Positions 1 through 14,363 of a stretch of 64,000 bases of DNA are shown here, piece by piece. The stretch is taken from positions 2,542,001 through 2,606,000 of the forward strand of contig OZ037772.1 of assembly GCA_964035545.1 (NCBI GenBank). The letters run 5' to 3'. The DNA comes from Bugula neritina (Eukaryota > Animalia > Bryozoa). Position numbers and translations under genes: made by a program. The notes beneath the pieces are model-generated. The model did not search any database and was not told the DNA's origin. It saw nothing but the letters and a program-made list of their open reading frames with translations. Position 1 is the first letter of the stretch. Each line of letters begins with the position of its first letter.

Positions 1-453
1 CAACTCACTTAGCAGTGTGGAGTCCCTATCCTCTACTCTACCAGGTGAACCCTTGGAAAGGAAGACTGAATAGAGAGTTTACTAAGAGCTCACTGCACAC
101 TACACAGAGTACACCTTAAACCTATACAGTATATTATACACTTTTACCTGTGCTTACATCCTGCATGTTACTGCAGCTGGAAATAAACTTATTGCAGGGA
201 GGCAGTATTATTCACTAATATTATTATTAGCTACAAGTCATGTGATGAAGATTATAACATCTACTATCAGCATGTTACAGTCTTTACTACATAACTTTTA
301 GCTAAAAATAACATCAGTGACTTGATAAAAACTAACAATATCATAATATATCTTATGAGTAGAAGTTGTTTACTGTTTATTAAAATATATTATTTACTAC
401 AACATAATTATATATAAAGTAACTAAACTTACTATAATAAACAGAGTATTTAC

Positions 454-3400
454 CTTCAAGTGAGAGGATGAGGAGAGGTCCATATGCTGTACAGATGTGA
501 ATCAGTTCAGATGTTGGATCAAACGAAATACCAGATGGTACTGAGATGTGAGGGAACTCCCACATTAGAGTGAGAGTTCTGTTCTCCACTTTATATCTTC
601 CCACTTTACCATCTTCAGTGAGGTCTCCTATGAGGAGAGTTGAGTCTGGGAGGATGCATACAGGTAGAGGGTTCTTTATCTCAGGAAGTGGGAACTTCTG
701 TATTTTATTGTCAACTAGGTTATAGACAACCAGCTGTTTCTCACTCCTGTCTACAATATAGAGCAGTGAGTCGTGCTGAGCTATTCTATAGTAAGTGAGT
801 ACATCTACTGACTGCTTGTAGAGGGAGCGAGTCTTCTCAAAGGAGTTCGGATCAAGAAGTGAGACTTCAGCTGTTTTCTCCTCTCTGTTATACGAGCAGC
901 CAACCATCACCCCTTCAGGTTGGATTATCTCCCCCCACACTGTAGTGTTGGTGTGTTTCACTGAGCTGATAGTATGCAGAGTCTCTCTATTTATTACTTC
1001 TACACCTTCTCCTGTCCCACACACCAGATGTCCATCAGCTGAGATGTTTACTGTCCAATACCAGTCACGTACAGGAAGTCCATCAGACTGGAGAGAAGAT
1101 GGTGGCTGCAGCAGCTTCAGTCCCAGACTGTCTTCACTGTCTGCAACAACAAAATAACAATTCTATAACTTGAGAATCTCATCACCTGAGGAGGTGGGAA
1201 CAGATTTTCAAACTTAAAACTAAAAGATGTTTTAATACAAGCAGTCTGTAGTTACTACAAGTTGCTACGTGATGCACAGGTCTAAGTGAGAATATCTTGT
1301 TAATACTGACAGCAGGTAGTCAGCATAACACAGTTTAGCAGCTCACTTATACATCATAAACTCTGAAACACTGCAGGAATGTCTCATAATGTGAGAGTAG
1401 AACAAAACTCAATTCTCTAATAAATAAACTCTATCTACTTATTCTACTATTAAAATATTCAATGAAAACAATTTAACTGATTACAAGCAGAAAGTTATTT
1501 ATAGTTGGTGTTACTATTTATAGACTCCACCTACACGTTGGTACCAAGATGCTGTCTGGAAGTACACACTTCTCTATTACACCAATATCTGTAGCCTTTT
1601 CCATCTTCTCACTCATCTCTTTGTAGTCTCTCACAATCCCTGCATCATTGAACTTATCAACTGCATGTTGTACTGTGTCCAGCAGAGACTGTCTGCCCAT
1701 CGTCTTACTCAAGGCCAGCTCTATTCTATAATTATCCACTATCTGTGTGCAGCTCTTCAAATATCCATATATTTCTAGCCTCAGGTTTGTAGCTCTCTTT
1801 CTAATCTTTTCTATCTAATAAATAGTAACACAGTGTAACCACATCTGCACCTCACAACCTCTGCACTCGAAATGAAAGTGACAGATCACCCACTGAGTGG
1901 ACAATGACTCAGTCACGTGACACTCTATACACAGCAGAGAGCTAGTACATCACGTGACTAGTCTCCTCCTCCTGACACCTGTCAATCACTCAGACAGCCA
2001 ACCTCCCTGTGTGAGTGATTGACAGTTGCAGAAGGATGAGTGAGTCATCTGTATTAACAGGTTCCTCTGCACTGAGTAACATGTGATGAATGACTACTGC
2101 TACTTTTACACAGAATGATAATACTTTAATGGCCAGTTAATTCTAGTGGCAAATAAAATTCATTTCTGATTACAACTCAAAGACCAAATGCAAATTCCAA
2201 TTTCAGACGAACAGAAATAATATTACATGGCATCACCATGTCAGCATACCTGAGCGTCAGCTACAGCGTTTACTCTGGCAACCATCTTCTTCACTTCATC
2301 TTCTATTTTACTCAGTTCTTTCCAGGCATCCTTTGAGATGTCATTCAACTCTGCAACTTTCTCAGACAGAGTCTCTATTCCACCAGTCAGACTTTCTCGT
2401 AACTCACAAGACAAATCACTCAAAGATGCCAAGTCATGGGATGCTACTGTCTCCTCTGTATACATAAAATCACACTATTTATAAAAGCATTATTATAGAT
2501 ATGATATTGTACTTATTCTACACCTACTACCTGTACCTACAGGTAGATGATGTATCACTATACACATACTATGTGATAACTAGACAGTTGGTTGGACTAG
2601 AAAGATGTCAGAGGTTAGCTCATTAATCACTGCACTTGGAATGAAATAGTTGAAAAAATTAAAGCAGTGGCTCTCAACCTTGGGGAATTTCCCCTTCACA
2701 GGAAATTTGAGCTTTTTTAGGGGTTTTCATTTCTAAAATTTCACAGAGTTTGTTATCAGCTTTTTGAGCTCTTGCCTTGTGTTCCAGGTTACATGAATAT
2801 GTATAATTATAACTCTTTCATTTTATGTAGTTCATTTATTTATCCACATTACACTCTACAATCTAAGTTTACTTCTACATCCATGTGTCTAATATTCACT
2901 CTACTCTAGCTGCTACCCCTCCTACTACGAATGGAGGCTAAAAGATTTATTGAAAGTAAACAGGAAGTTTTTGTAGTCAGTAGAACTGATCGCCATAAAC
3001 TATTTACTGCATACCTAGTAGATATATTTGCTGTACTAAAAACTCTGAACCTAAAATGAATGAGTATAATCATCAACTCACTGCTTTTAATACCAGCATC
3101 ACTGCTTTCAAAGCTGAACTGAAGCTGTGGCAGACACTAATTCATGTCAAACACAAAGTGCTTTTTTCTACACTCAATGAATTATTATGAAAACAACCTG
3201 TCCAAGATTTTCTTTATAAATGAAATTACAATTTTATCAAAAAGGCGAAAACTTAATAGAAAACATTTATAAAAAGGAGGATGGTATGAAAAAGGTGAGA
3301 CACCACTGAGTTAAAGCTATGCCTATACCATCTTATCAAGGAAACAGACACTTGAAGGATGAAATATACTAAATATTCAACATAACAGTGAGAATATCAA

Positions 3401-6400
3401 CTCCTGCACTATCCACTTCTGTCTCACACAAACCTTAATGCTGACAAACTGACTTCCTCTTTTACTGTTGCATAACTCATTTTAATAATAAAATAATAAA
3501 CAGGTTCTTGTAATATTTCTCAGTTTCTTTCTACAGAAATAGAAACAGCAAGTAAATACCTGTCTTATCCTTACAGCCAGTCCTCATATCACATCTCATA
3601 CAGAATATCTGGTGACACTTGGAACACACTTCTGTCAGCTGTTCCTGTTTATGATGTTCACATTCAGTTATAGTATATCTTTGGGGAGAAGCTCTGTAGA
3701 CCTCAATGTCAATAAACTGATGTCTATCTCCCATCAGCTCTCTGTGATTCTGTATAATAAAGGTAAACAGTTTAGTTGGTTGTATTTTCACCAACAAGTC
3801 TGTCATAGTTGACTCACTGCACTGTGAAACTGTGCGTTTAGTATAAAAAGTCACACAGACTCAACATTTCTTTTCAATAATATTCTACATACAAACCAGA
3901 ACTGGTTTAGTAACTAATCTTGAGAAATGATATAAGAAAGACTCACTTCTTGATGCTGCTGACACAATTTCTTTTGGCTCTCAACACAGAACACAGCAGC
4001 TTCAGTTCCACCTTTACACACATCGCAGGGAATGGGTGCAGGTTTGGGTGGAGACTTGTATTCTAACGGGTCTCCATGCTGAGCTACTGGTAGTGTTGTG
4101 GGATCTGTTATGTCATAGTGATCTTTCCTACAATATATAGCAATCAGTATGTTACCTGTGTTAGCTGTGTTTAGTATATCTCAAGTAATGAAATACTGTA
4201 GTAATTTGTGCAATTACTGAGCGTGAGTTATTTACTTGCGTATAGTTAGCTGGTTATTCTGCTAGCAATTACTAGGGTAGCTGTCGAGTAATTATATTTA
4301 TTATCCACAATAAAGCATAAAACAAACATCACATCAAATTATCCTATACATCAGTCAACTACTAACACATGTTACTACTTCAAGCCTCCGCTTACAACAA
4401 CGTGATATAATCTTAATAACCCGGGAAGTGTCACGTGACTCGGAAGCATATCTTCCGGAGCTGCTAATTGGTTGCTACATAAGAGTCTAAGTATTCCAAG
4501 AGTAGGGAGAGGGCGATTCCTGTATTTGTACTTGCACTACTCACTACAATACTCCATCCACACACACAGCTATGTCCTTGACAAATACTCAAATAAATAC
4601 TCATCACTCATCAACACACATTCATTATATAGACCACAGGCTATCACACAAACACACTTGACTATATTATGTACCTAATATGCTGGAAAATAGTCACTCA
4701 TGACAAAGAACTGCTACTCAACAAATAGACTCAACTGTAACTTGTATTGTAAAATGACAAGACAAATTACTAGTTAACTACTGAGTGGAGGCCACATTGT
4801 CAATAATTATTCACTTCTGTTGCAAGTTTGTGCAATGCAACTAATTACTGAGGAGTGAATTCTGAGGAGCCAATACTACAACATACTACAACTATTCCCT
4901 GCCACTGCTAGGAGTGGCGCGAAACTGTCATTTCATCATCCTTGGCAATGTGTCAAGAGCTAGTGCACCGTGAGTGCGTGTCACGTGTGAGTGTTGCCTA
5001 TCTCGTGCAGCTATCATAAGAAGAGTGAGTCATACACTGCGTTTCCATTATCGCGTTATGCGAATGGATTGTCTCATTCGCTCTATGGAAACAGTTGCAT
5101 CGAAGCAAAACCGCAGCCGGAAATTACACCGAACGGCTCCTTCGATGAAAATTTTCCTTCGCATTATGCCCATCATGGAAATGGTTCCTTCGGTTAAATC
5201 GAATGAAACTTTTTGTGCCGGAGGCAGAGATCAGCATTTGTGGCGGCTAGTTACATAGTTACGCGATGCTAACAATAATTATAGGTTACAACCTACGCTA
5301 AAGTGTACTTCGACTTTTAAAAATTTAAATTATTTTATTTATCCTAGCTGCTATTATTTAAAATAATTACTAATCATCTTAAATTTATAAAACTATTCTG
5401 CAAGCCAAAGCTTTCTCAAGCTAAAAATAAGTTGACAGCTAATTTCATTGTGAAAATTTAAATTACTTTTAAGTTGCGTTTATACCTCTGCTGAAAAAAG
5501 TACCGAGTTTAAGTTAATAATGCTTGTGCGGGTACCCCTTTATAGTCAAACTGAAACTCGTTGAAACCATATTGATGCGGTTGCTCACTTTCTGAAATTG
5601 AAATTTGACTCGCATAATAGCTATTTGATGCCTTTTGTAAACGTCGTGAATTAGTGAAGTGGAAACCATAAAAGCGATAATTGAGAAGGCGTAGGCTATA
5701 TAATTATAACCGTATAAGTACGTTGTCTAATCGCCAAAGTAATAACTAAATAATGATGTTTACATGTTTACAACTCCTATTCCAAAATTGGCCGATTAAG
5801 TTATCACAGTACAAAAATTTCAACGAGTGGCTTTTACAATGCAATGCAACTAGGAGAAATTTCAACCCGGCCAAATTGAAATTTTGACCGAAAATCGTGA
5901 AGGTATAAACGCAACTTTAAGCTTTTGTTTATCGATCAAGAAATACGTTATGCTTTCATTGGTTTATATTTTAAATAAACTGACTCAAAGTTTGTGTATT
6001 TAGTTGATTTAATCTATCAAAAATGGGGACAGAATTAAAAAATTGTCGTTGTGCATGAACTCAAACTCAAAGTTGGCCATATTAATTATCATTTTAGTTC
6101 GGCCGTCACAGTTGCAAAGAGAAGATAACTTCGTACGGATTGCATAGGAACGTGTGGTTTTTCCTTCGATGTAATCCGTACGCATTCATTCGCCTTCATG
6201 GAAACGCAGTGATAGGATAAGTTGTAGTTAGTAATCCATTTAACTATCTTCAGTGTAGTACTACTATGTATGTGCAGCAGGTTGGATCACAGTCTAAGTC
6301 AGAGGGGGGGGGGTTGGCATAATATAGGCCCAAATCCTCAACACTATTCATGACTCAGTACAAAGCAACACTTAATACAACTGACTGATGGTAGAAGAAG

Positions 6401-7298
6401 TACCAACTCATCAAAGCTAAAGGAAACACTCAATTCACAGATTATATTAGACACTGATTGGCACCCCATAATATTACATTGTACCAAATACAATTGTGAT
6501 GGCTATCTAATATTCTATCAAAATTTCAGCATTGAATTTAACTAAATAGGTCACAGAATCACTGTTTCCCGTCTTAGGGACTGACTACTAATTGTCATAA
6601 GACCTGCTCTTCAGTCAAATAATTTCCCAGTGACTGCTTGGCCTTGTCAATGGCTATTATGCTTTGGCAGCCCGGATGTTGGCAGAACTTTGAACAGCTA
6701 GTGGTAATAGTAGCAGCTGCTAGACTCTAGAGCAGGGCTGTCCAACAGGCGGCCCTAGGGCCGGATGTGGCCCCCAGCCTACATTTATGTGGCCCTCGAA
6801 GGCATAAAGCTAAAATAATTTTTCACTGTTTACATGAATTAAAGTGAAAAGCCACCTTTTAAATGCCTTATTTATACAAATAACACAAAAAATGCAGCTG
6901 GCAGTAACTATTGAGACTTAATTGTGTAATGATTCATAAAGTTTTGGAATAAAGTAGTTTGAAAAATACTGATGCTGTGGCCCCCAGCACAAGCTGAAGC
7001 TTACAATGTGGCCCGCACTATGAAATATTTCATTTCTGTGGCCCTCGGTTTGAAAAGGTTAGACACCCCTATACAAGCCTATAACATGATATATTGTGTT
7101 ATGTACTGTAACTCACCTACAATAAGCACATCTGATATGATCCTTCCTACCACCGATGTCAGTCTTCAAACATCTCATGCAGTACACATGCAGACAGGGC
7201 AGAGTTCTGGGATCTTCAAGTTTGTTGAAGTACTGCGAGCAGTACCCACAGCGATACGAATTGTTGAGTCTTTTTTTGACGACTCTGGATTCTGCCAT
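454..7298 (-). CDS. TRIM (RBCC) E3 ligase-like gene with C-terminal NHL-like beta-propeller; coding exons 7298-7117, 4127-3947, 3749-3560, 2455-2250, 1814-1535, 1140-454; continues toward or beyond the window start
   Basis: C3HC4 RING (CGYC...PCLHVYCMRC...CAYC), B-box1 (CDVC...CVES...CQQH...H), B-box2 (CEHH...CSKC...CMRC), coiled coil, then propeller-like repeats (LYIVD, LLIGD, PSGISFD). All six exons have GT-AG boundaries with matching phases. Confidence 0.85.
2665..3308. mobile_element. hAT (Charlie-like) non-autonomous DNA transposon in TRIM intron
   Basis: Termini CAGTGGCTCTCAACCTT and AAGGTGAGACACCACTG; 8-bp flanks AATTAAAG / AGTTAAAG (7 of 8 match). Confidence 0.6.
4197..4548 (-). mobile_element. 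Solo LTR (352 bp) of the element-A Gypsy family, in TRIM intron
   Basis: TG...CA ends, near-identical to LTRs at 39430-39781 and 44336-44687; 4-bp TSD ATAC on both sides. Confidence 0.95.
5035..6211. mobile_element. Non-autonomous TIR DNA transposon
   Basis: TIR CACTGCGTTTCCAT / ATGGAAACGCAGTG with further imperfect subterminal symmetry; ATA on both flanks. Confidence 0.65.
5472..5916. mobile_element. Kolobok-like MITE nested in the 5035-6211 element
   Basis: TIR AGTTGCGTTTATACCT / AGGTATAAACGCAACT; flanks TTTA / TTAA. Confidence 0.6.
6733..7071. mobile_element. hAT-like MITE
   Basis: Imperfect TIR CAGGGCTGTCCAAC / GTTAGACACCCCT with repeated subterminal TGTGGCCC motifs; no clean TSD seen. 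Confidence 0.55.
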
Positions 7299-8803
7299 CT
7301 TGGTTATATGATAAGGAAATCCTGTAAAAGATACACATACTCTTAGCATAATATTTCACACTACATCTGTGAAGGTTTCCAAATCAAAGACTTAACCATT
7401 AACAATAAACCATACAAAATAAAGTGAAAAATAATGTTAAACAAATGCAGTTAATAACACTGGTATACATGAGAGTCAGCTACAACATGCTGAGCTCACA
7501 GCTTTAACTGTCTAACAAAGGCTGTATTGTTTCCATTGTAATCACTGAATAGGTTTTTGCTGGTGACTCAAACTCCTTATACAATAAATATGAAGCAATG
7601 TTGTGTGCTTCAGTGAACACTTTTATTCTACTTCTATTGAACATCACTAATCAAGTGTTTCTAATATATAGAGGAGAAGTGAAACATGAATACCAGTGAG
7701 TTATGTATTACTTCTATGAACAAACAGCACAATTGGACTCAGCTGCTTATCCCCTCATTCAAAGATATCAGCCAGTTTTACAATGTTACCTGCCCATTTT
7801 TGGGCTAGATACATTGCGTGGGCTCACGCTAAGACACAAAATAAGGGGAAACATAGCAGTGGGAGAAAACATAGTTTCATGAAATATTTTGTGCTGGGTG
7901 TTGAAAATACTTTGTTTTCTTCATAATCTGAATGACAAAATTTATTTTAACATTTCTGCAGTGTTGGTGACGCATGATTTAATATGTTACTTAGAGTCAC
8001 TCTTCCACCAGCCAGAGAAAAAGCCATCAACTGCTAGTTTGCTATTCTAATCATCTAATAGAAACTATGGTGGTGTGAAACATACTAATTTAACATGTTT
8101 GTGCTTCTGTTAGGTCAGATGTAGTTGTTTCATGAGTTGGCAGCTTCTACACTCATCTCTAGTCAATTATTTATTCTACACTCTTACCTAGCAAATGATT
8201 TATTAACACTAACCTCATATTTTATGTTTACAACAATGGTAGATCATATAAATGTGGCTAACCTAGTCATATGGGTCAATATTGGGTGATAATCACCAAG
8301 ATTATCATTATAAATAAATTTAATGATGGTAGGGGACCTGGCAGTAAAACCAACTGCAACACTAAATCTAATACTGATAGTTATAGTAGAGCAATAATAG
8401 TAACTTACACTTTATAGTTATACTTATAGTAAATGTAATGCAATGAGTAAAAATTACCAATACTAATTAGTAATTACTCATACAACAATACTAATAGTAA
8501 TAGCAGTAATCCTAATAGGAGATGCAATATCAATACTAATTGTAATTACTAATACTAATAGTAATACTTAAAGTTAATACAAATATTTATATAAATAAAA
8601 TAGTGCGAAACTGAAATACTTAGTCTCAATTTTTATATAGTTATACCAACAGTAAATCGAATAGCAATACTAAGAGTAATCTAATAGTACATGTATTACT
8701 AATAGACTAATACTTATAGTACGTAATAGTAATCTGTAATCGTAAGCTACTACCACTACTGCTACTGTAGACGTAGTAGTACTAGTAGTAGTACTAGTAC
8801 TAC

Positions 8804-9442
8804 TGTTATAACGGGAACTTGTGGTATCCCGCTACAACTTACTGTACAGCTGTTACTAATATGGCTAAGCCTTAGTGATTTACTATAACAGTATTATATG
8901 CATATACTTTATGGTAATTACCTTGTAGATTGTTGGTGACTCCTCTCGTTCCTGGTACGTCTACCTGAAGCTGGGTCTTACAGAGAAGTGACTTCAGATA
9001 GCTGTTGGGTGTAGCAAGATACTTCTTGCCGGTTAGCTCCACGTCAGCTGCTTCAGGATAGGTTGGAGTATTACAAGGGTGGCTGTAATACTTAGGTTTC
9101 CTGCCGGTTGGTCCACGTCAGCTGCTTCAGGATAGGCTATTGCATTTACAAGGGTGGCTGCATTTCCATATAAGGATAGAGCCAAGAAGCTGCAGGATCA
9201 GGGTGTTTGACGTATAGGAACTGACTTCAAAGCGAAAATGTAATTATAATTGTAGCGAAATTAGTACATGTTATAGACAGTAGGAAACAGATGGGCTATT
9301 GTGATGGCATTAGTTCTCTCTAATCCGTATAACAATGGAAAGTTAATATCAATGTGGGGTTTAGCTGGGCGTTAGGAAATGAGAATGTAGAATGACTCAG
9401 TGGGAATTGAATAAATCTAAAGTTCATAATTCCACTACAACA
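8804..9442. mobile_element. Probable solo LTR (639 bp) of a different family
   Basis: TGTT...AACA ends, CTAC on both flanks, internal ~65-bp direct repeat (about 9025-9160); inserted in a TAC/TAG simple repeat. Confidence 0.55.
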
Positions 9443-11006
9443 CTACTACTAGTATTACTACTAGTAGATCAATTTTTCAGTATTAAAACTTGAACCTAAA
9501 CTTGAAGTCGATTAATTTTTTTATAATAATAATAAATTTAATATCATTAATAATAATACGATATTCATATTTAATTTTATATTATTCGATAAATCATTTG
9601 ATTAATTAATTATTGATCATATGCCTATGGGCTATGGTATTACTATGTCTATTGTAAATTTCAAATCAAAGACTCAAAGAGAAACAATTATATTTAATTA
9701 ATATTATAACATCAACTGTAAGAATTTCAATTTATATAACTTATAAATTAAATATAACTTAGTCTTAAGCTTAATCTTATATTGGTATTATATAAGTTAT
9801 AAGCCTAGACTTAAACCTAAAGCCTAAAGGCTAAAAGTAAAAGTAAAAGTAAAAGTAAATCTAGAACTAAAATAGTAAAATACTAAATAGTAAATACTAA
9901 AATAGTAAATCTAACTGCAAGTATTAAAGTGCGGGTACCTGATTAATTTGAGAAATGATGAAATGACTCAAACTGTTCTCACCTCACGAGAGTCAATAGT
10001 GTCAGTCTGTAAACTGGTAAGAAACTTGGTAACTAGTATTTATTACTAGTAAGTAGTAACTAAGATGAGGCGCAATAAAACCAAAATAACGAGGAAGTTC
10101 TGCGCGCAGAAGGATTATTACACGTCACTCAACTACAAAGGTCGGCTCTATAATAATCACGTGAAAGAAATGTTGCATTCATTGAGCGGAGCGCTATATT
10201 TTAGCGTCGAAGAGAGACAACTCTTAGGTTGAAATCTGAAAAAATTATCCAGGGCACCCAGGTGTGCGCGTTTTTCAATTGAGCTATTTTAGAATATCCA
10301 ATTCCGGTCCTGTATATTTTCAAATTACAAAAACACCGATAACATCCATGTCCTTTTTAGTAGCAAAATCTTTACAAGGACTTTGTCTCTTATTAGTAGT
10401 ATTGAGTGTCAGCTAGCACTTGCATCTTTTTGTTTGTACTTTCATTATGTAAAATATCTTTATTATGTTTAAGTTGAGCTGTTTAGTACTAGCATATTCA
10501 GCGACATCACTGAACATCTGATTAATCCTGAATTTTCTTAACTGGCAGGCTGCAATCAAGATGGCAGAGGGATGTGATGCTATGGTAGAGGTATGGTGGT
10601 TCCTTTAGCTCAGTGGTTCCAAACCTTCTTCATACCACCATCTCCCCTTCCATAACTATTTACTATTAAGTTCCCCTCTTTCTAAAAGTGCAATTTATGA
10701 ATGATAGGCATAATATACTATAGAAGTCTATATTTGTTCTAGTATATTTGATTATAATATAAGATTATGATTGTTATATTATGCATGTAAAAAGCACAGA
10801 GCAGTTCAATTATTAATACTATGGCTGCAGCTGGTGAATTTGTGCTGCAGCTTGCTTAAGTTTGACTTGGGTTTTGACAAGCTGTACATTGTAGGTCACT
10901 TTGCAGGTCAAGGCAGTTTATTTGCTGATTCCTAACCATTAGCATATTAATTGAAGGAATCCTATCTTAAATAAAAAGGTAGTGCTGAATGGCACTAAAA
11001 CTGTTA

Positions 11007-11350
11007 GCCTAGGGCCACACGGCGCGTATTTTCGGATGCGAAAATTGAAACCACAAGTAGCAAAGGCGTCCACTGTAGCGTCAGTGATGCGTGATAAATA
11101 AAGCTTTCATTTTTAAATCGCACTCGCTTTCAATAAAACGCAGTTTACTGGAATTTAGTACTAAAATAAAGAAATTGGGCTCGCTTAATAACTACCAGCC
11201 AATTAGGTGACGACGACAGAGACGATTCGCACTTGCGTTGAAAATGCAGAGCGACAAGTGCGAACGTTTTCTCAACGCGCACAGTGGACACCTTTGCTAC
11301 TTGTGATTTCAATTTTCGAATGCGAAAATACGCACCGTGTGGCCCTAGGC
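11007..11350. mobile_element. PIF/Harbinger-like MITE
   Basis: About 70-bp imperfect TIR starting GCCTAGGGCCACACGG; TTA TSD on both sides. Confidence 0.8.
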
Positions 11351-12150
11351 TTAGTGTATTGTCAGCAATGTGTGGGTAGAGTTTGCTTGTGGAAACACAG
11401 AATTCATCAAATCATCCTTCACTGTAAACCAGCTCAATGACACTCTCATGTAACTCTCTTATGAAGGTAGCTCAGAGAAATACTGTCAAATAATGTTAAA
11501 AGTTCAAATATATTCGCAGAAATGCTTTTTGAAAGATATCTCTGGAACAGGTTCTTTTTCTAATAATTTATTGAGTGTGAGGATAGTCGTATCATAGAAT
11601 TGTGTCAAGGTCACAACTTGAGTTCAGCTTTGAAAGGATTGATGCTGCTATAATGAAGAGCGATGATGTGATGATTGCACTGGAACACAGGAAATATATC
11701 CACTGTATGTATGCAGTGTGTATAGTTTATAGAAATGAGCTTGCATTGCTGCTTAAACTTCCTGTTGGTTTTGCTTCCAATTCAAACTTCTGAACCTTCA
11801 TTCGTAGTAGGAGGGGTAGCAGCTAGGGTAGAGTGAATAATAGACACATGGATGTAAAAGTAAACTTAGATTGTAGAGTGTAGTGTGGATAAATATATGA
11901 ACTACATAATATGAAGGAGTTATAGTTATACATATGCAGTACATGTAATCTTGAAAACAAGGCAAGAGCTCAAAGAGCTGGTAACAAACTATGAAATTTT
12001 TAGAAAAAAAATCTTCCCTAAAAAAGCCCAAATTCATCACTTGGGAAGATCTGGTCTATAGCTGAGCTGCAGTGAGGGGAGGTGAGAGAGTAACCCAGTT
12101 CCAGTGTATAATAATAGAAGCTGACAAGAGATCTCATTTGTATGTTGATT

Positions 12151-14363
12151 AATATAACATGATATACTGTATAACGTAGTATACTGTATAACATAGTACA
12201 CTGTGTAACATATTATACTGTATAACATAGTATACCGTATAACATAGTGTACCGTATAACATAGTATACCGTATAACATAGTATACCGTATAACATAGTA
12301 TACCGTATAACATAGTATACCGTATAACATAGTATACCGTATAACATAGTATACCGTATAACATAGTATACCGTATAACATAGTATACCGTATAACATAG
12401 TATACTGTATAACATTATATACTGTATAACATAATATACTGTATAACATAGTATACTGTATAACATAATATACTGTATAACATAATATACTGTATAACAT
12501 AGTATACTGTATAACATAATATACTGTATAACATAGTATACTGTATAACATAGTATACTGTATAACATAATATACTGTATAACATAGTATATACTGTATA
12601 ACATAATATACTGTATAACATAGTATACTGTATAACATAATATACTGTATAACATAGTATACTGTATAACATAATATACTGTATAACATAGTATACTGTA
12701 TAACAAAGTATACTGTATAACATAGTATACTGTATAGCATAGTATACTGTATAACATAATATACTGTATAACATAATATACTGTATAACATAGTATACTG
12801 TATAACATAGTATACTGTATAACATAATATACTGTATAACATAGTATACTGTATAACAAAGTATACTGTATAACATAATATACTGTATAACATAATATAC
12901 TGTATAACATAGTATACTGTATGAAATAGTATACTGTATAACATAATATATTGTATAACATAATATACTGTATAACATAGTATACTGTATAACATAGTAT
13001 ACTGTATAACATAATATACTGTATAACATAGTATACTGTATAACAAAGTATACTGTATAACATAATATACTGTATAACATAGTATACTGTATAACATAGT
13101 ATACTGTATAACATAATATACTGTATAATATAGTATACTGTATAACATAGTATACTGTATAACATAATATACTGTATAACATAATATACTGTATAACATA
13201 ATATACTGTATAATATAGTATACTGTATAACATAATATACTGTATAACATAGTATACTGTATAACAAAGTATACTGTATAACATAGTATACTGTATAGCA
13301 TAGTATACTGTATAACATAATATACTGTATAACATAATATACTGTATAACATAGTATACTGTATAACATAGTATACTGTATAACATAATATACTGTATAA
13401 CATAGTATACTGTATAACATAATATACTGTATAACATAGTATACTGTATAACATAATATACTGTATAACAAAGTATACTGTATAACAAAGTATACTGTAT
13501 AACATAGTATACTGTATAGCATAGTATACTGTATAACATAGTATACTGTATAACATAGTATACTGTATAACATAATATACTGTATAACATAGTATACTGT
13601 ATGAAATAGTATACTGTATAACATAATATACTGTATAACATAGTATACTGTATAACATAGTATACTGTATAACATAATATACTGTATAACATAGTATACT
13701 GTATAACAAAGTATACTGTATAACATAATATACTGTATAACATAGTATACTGTATAACATAGTATACTGTATAACATAATATACTGTATAACATAGTATA
13801 CTGTATAACATAGTATACTGTATAACATAATATACTGTATAACATAATATACTGTATAACATAATATGCTGTATAACATAATGTACTGTATAACATAATA
13901 TACTGTATAACATAGTATACTGTATAACAAAGTATACTGTATAACATAGTATACTGTATAGCATAGTATACTGTATAACATAATATACTGTATAACATAA
14001 TATACTGTATAACATAGTATACTGTATAACATAGTATACTGTATAACATAATATACTGTATAACAAAGTATACTGTATAACATAGTATACTGTATAGCAT
14101 AGTATACTGTATAGCATAGTATACTGTATAACATAGTATACTGTATAACATAGTATACTGTATGACATAATATACTGTATAACATAGTGTACTGTATAAC
14201 ATAATATACTGTATAACATAGTGTACTGTATAACATAATATACTGTATGACATAATATACTGTATAACATAGTGTACTGTATAACATAATATACTGTATA
14301 ACATAGTATACTGTATAACATAGTATACTGTATAACATAATATACTGTGTGACATAATATACT
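12151..14363 (+). repeat. 17-bp satellite array, unit TATACTGTATAACATAG (variants ...CATAA, ...CAAAG, TATACCGT...)
   Basis: About 2.2 kb of directly visible tandem 17-mers. Confidence 0.98.

Noticed and set aside
9-65. Possible further TRIM exon (VFLSKGSPGRVEDRDSTLL)
   Set aside because: Splice sites and phase are plausible, but it is too short and lacks a recognisable motif.
12149-14355. 646-729 aa ORFs in all three minus frames (MLYSILCYTVYYVIQY...)
   Set aside because: Artefact of a 17-bp unit lacking stop codons on one strand; all frames give the same periodic peptide.
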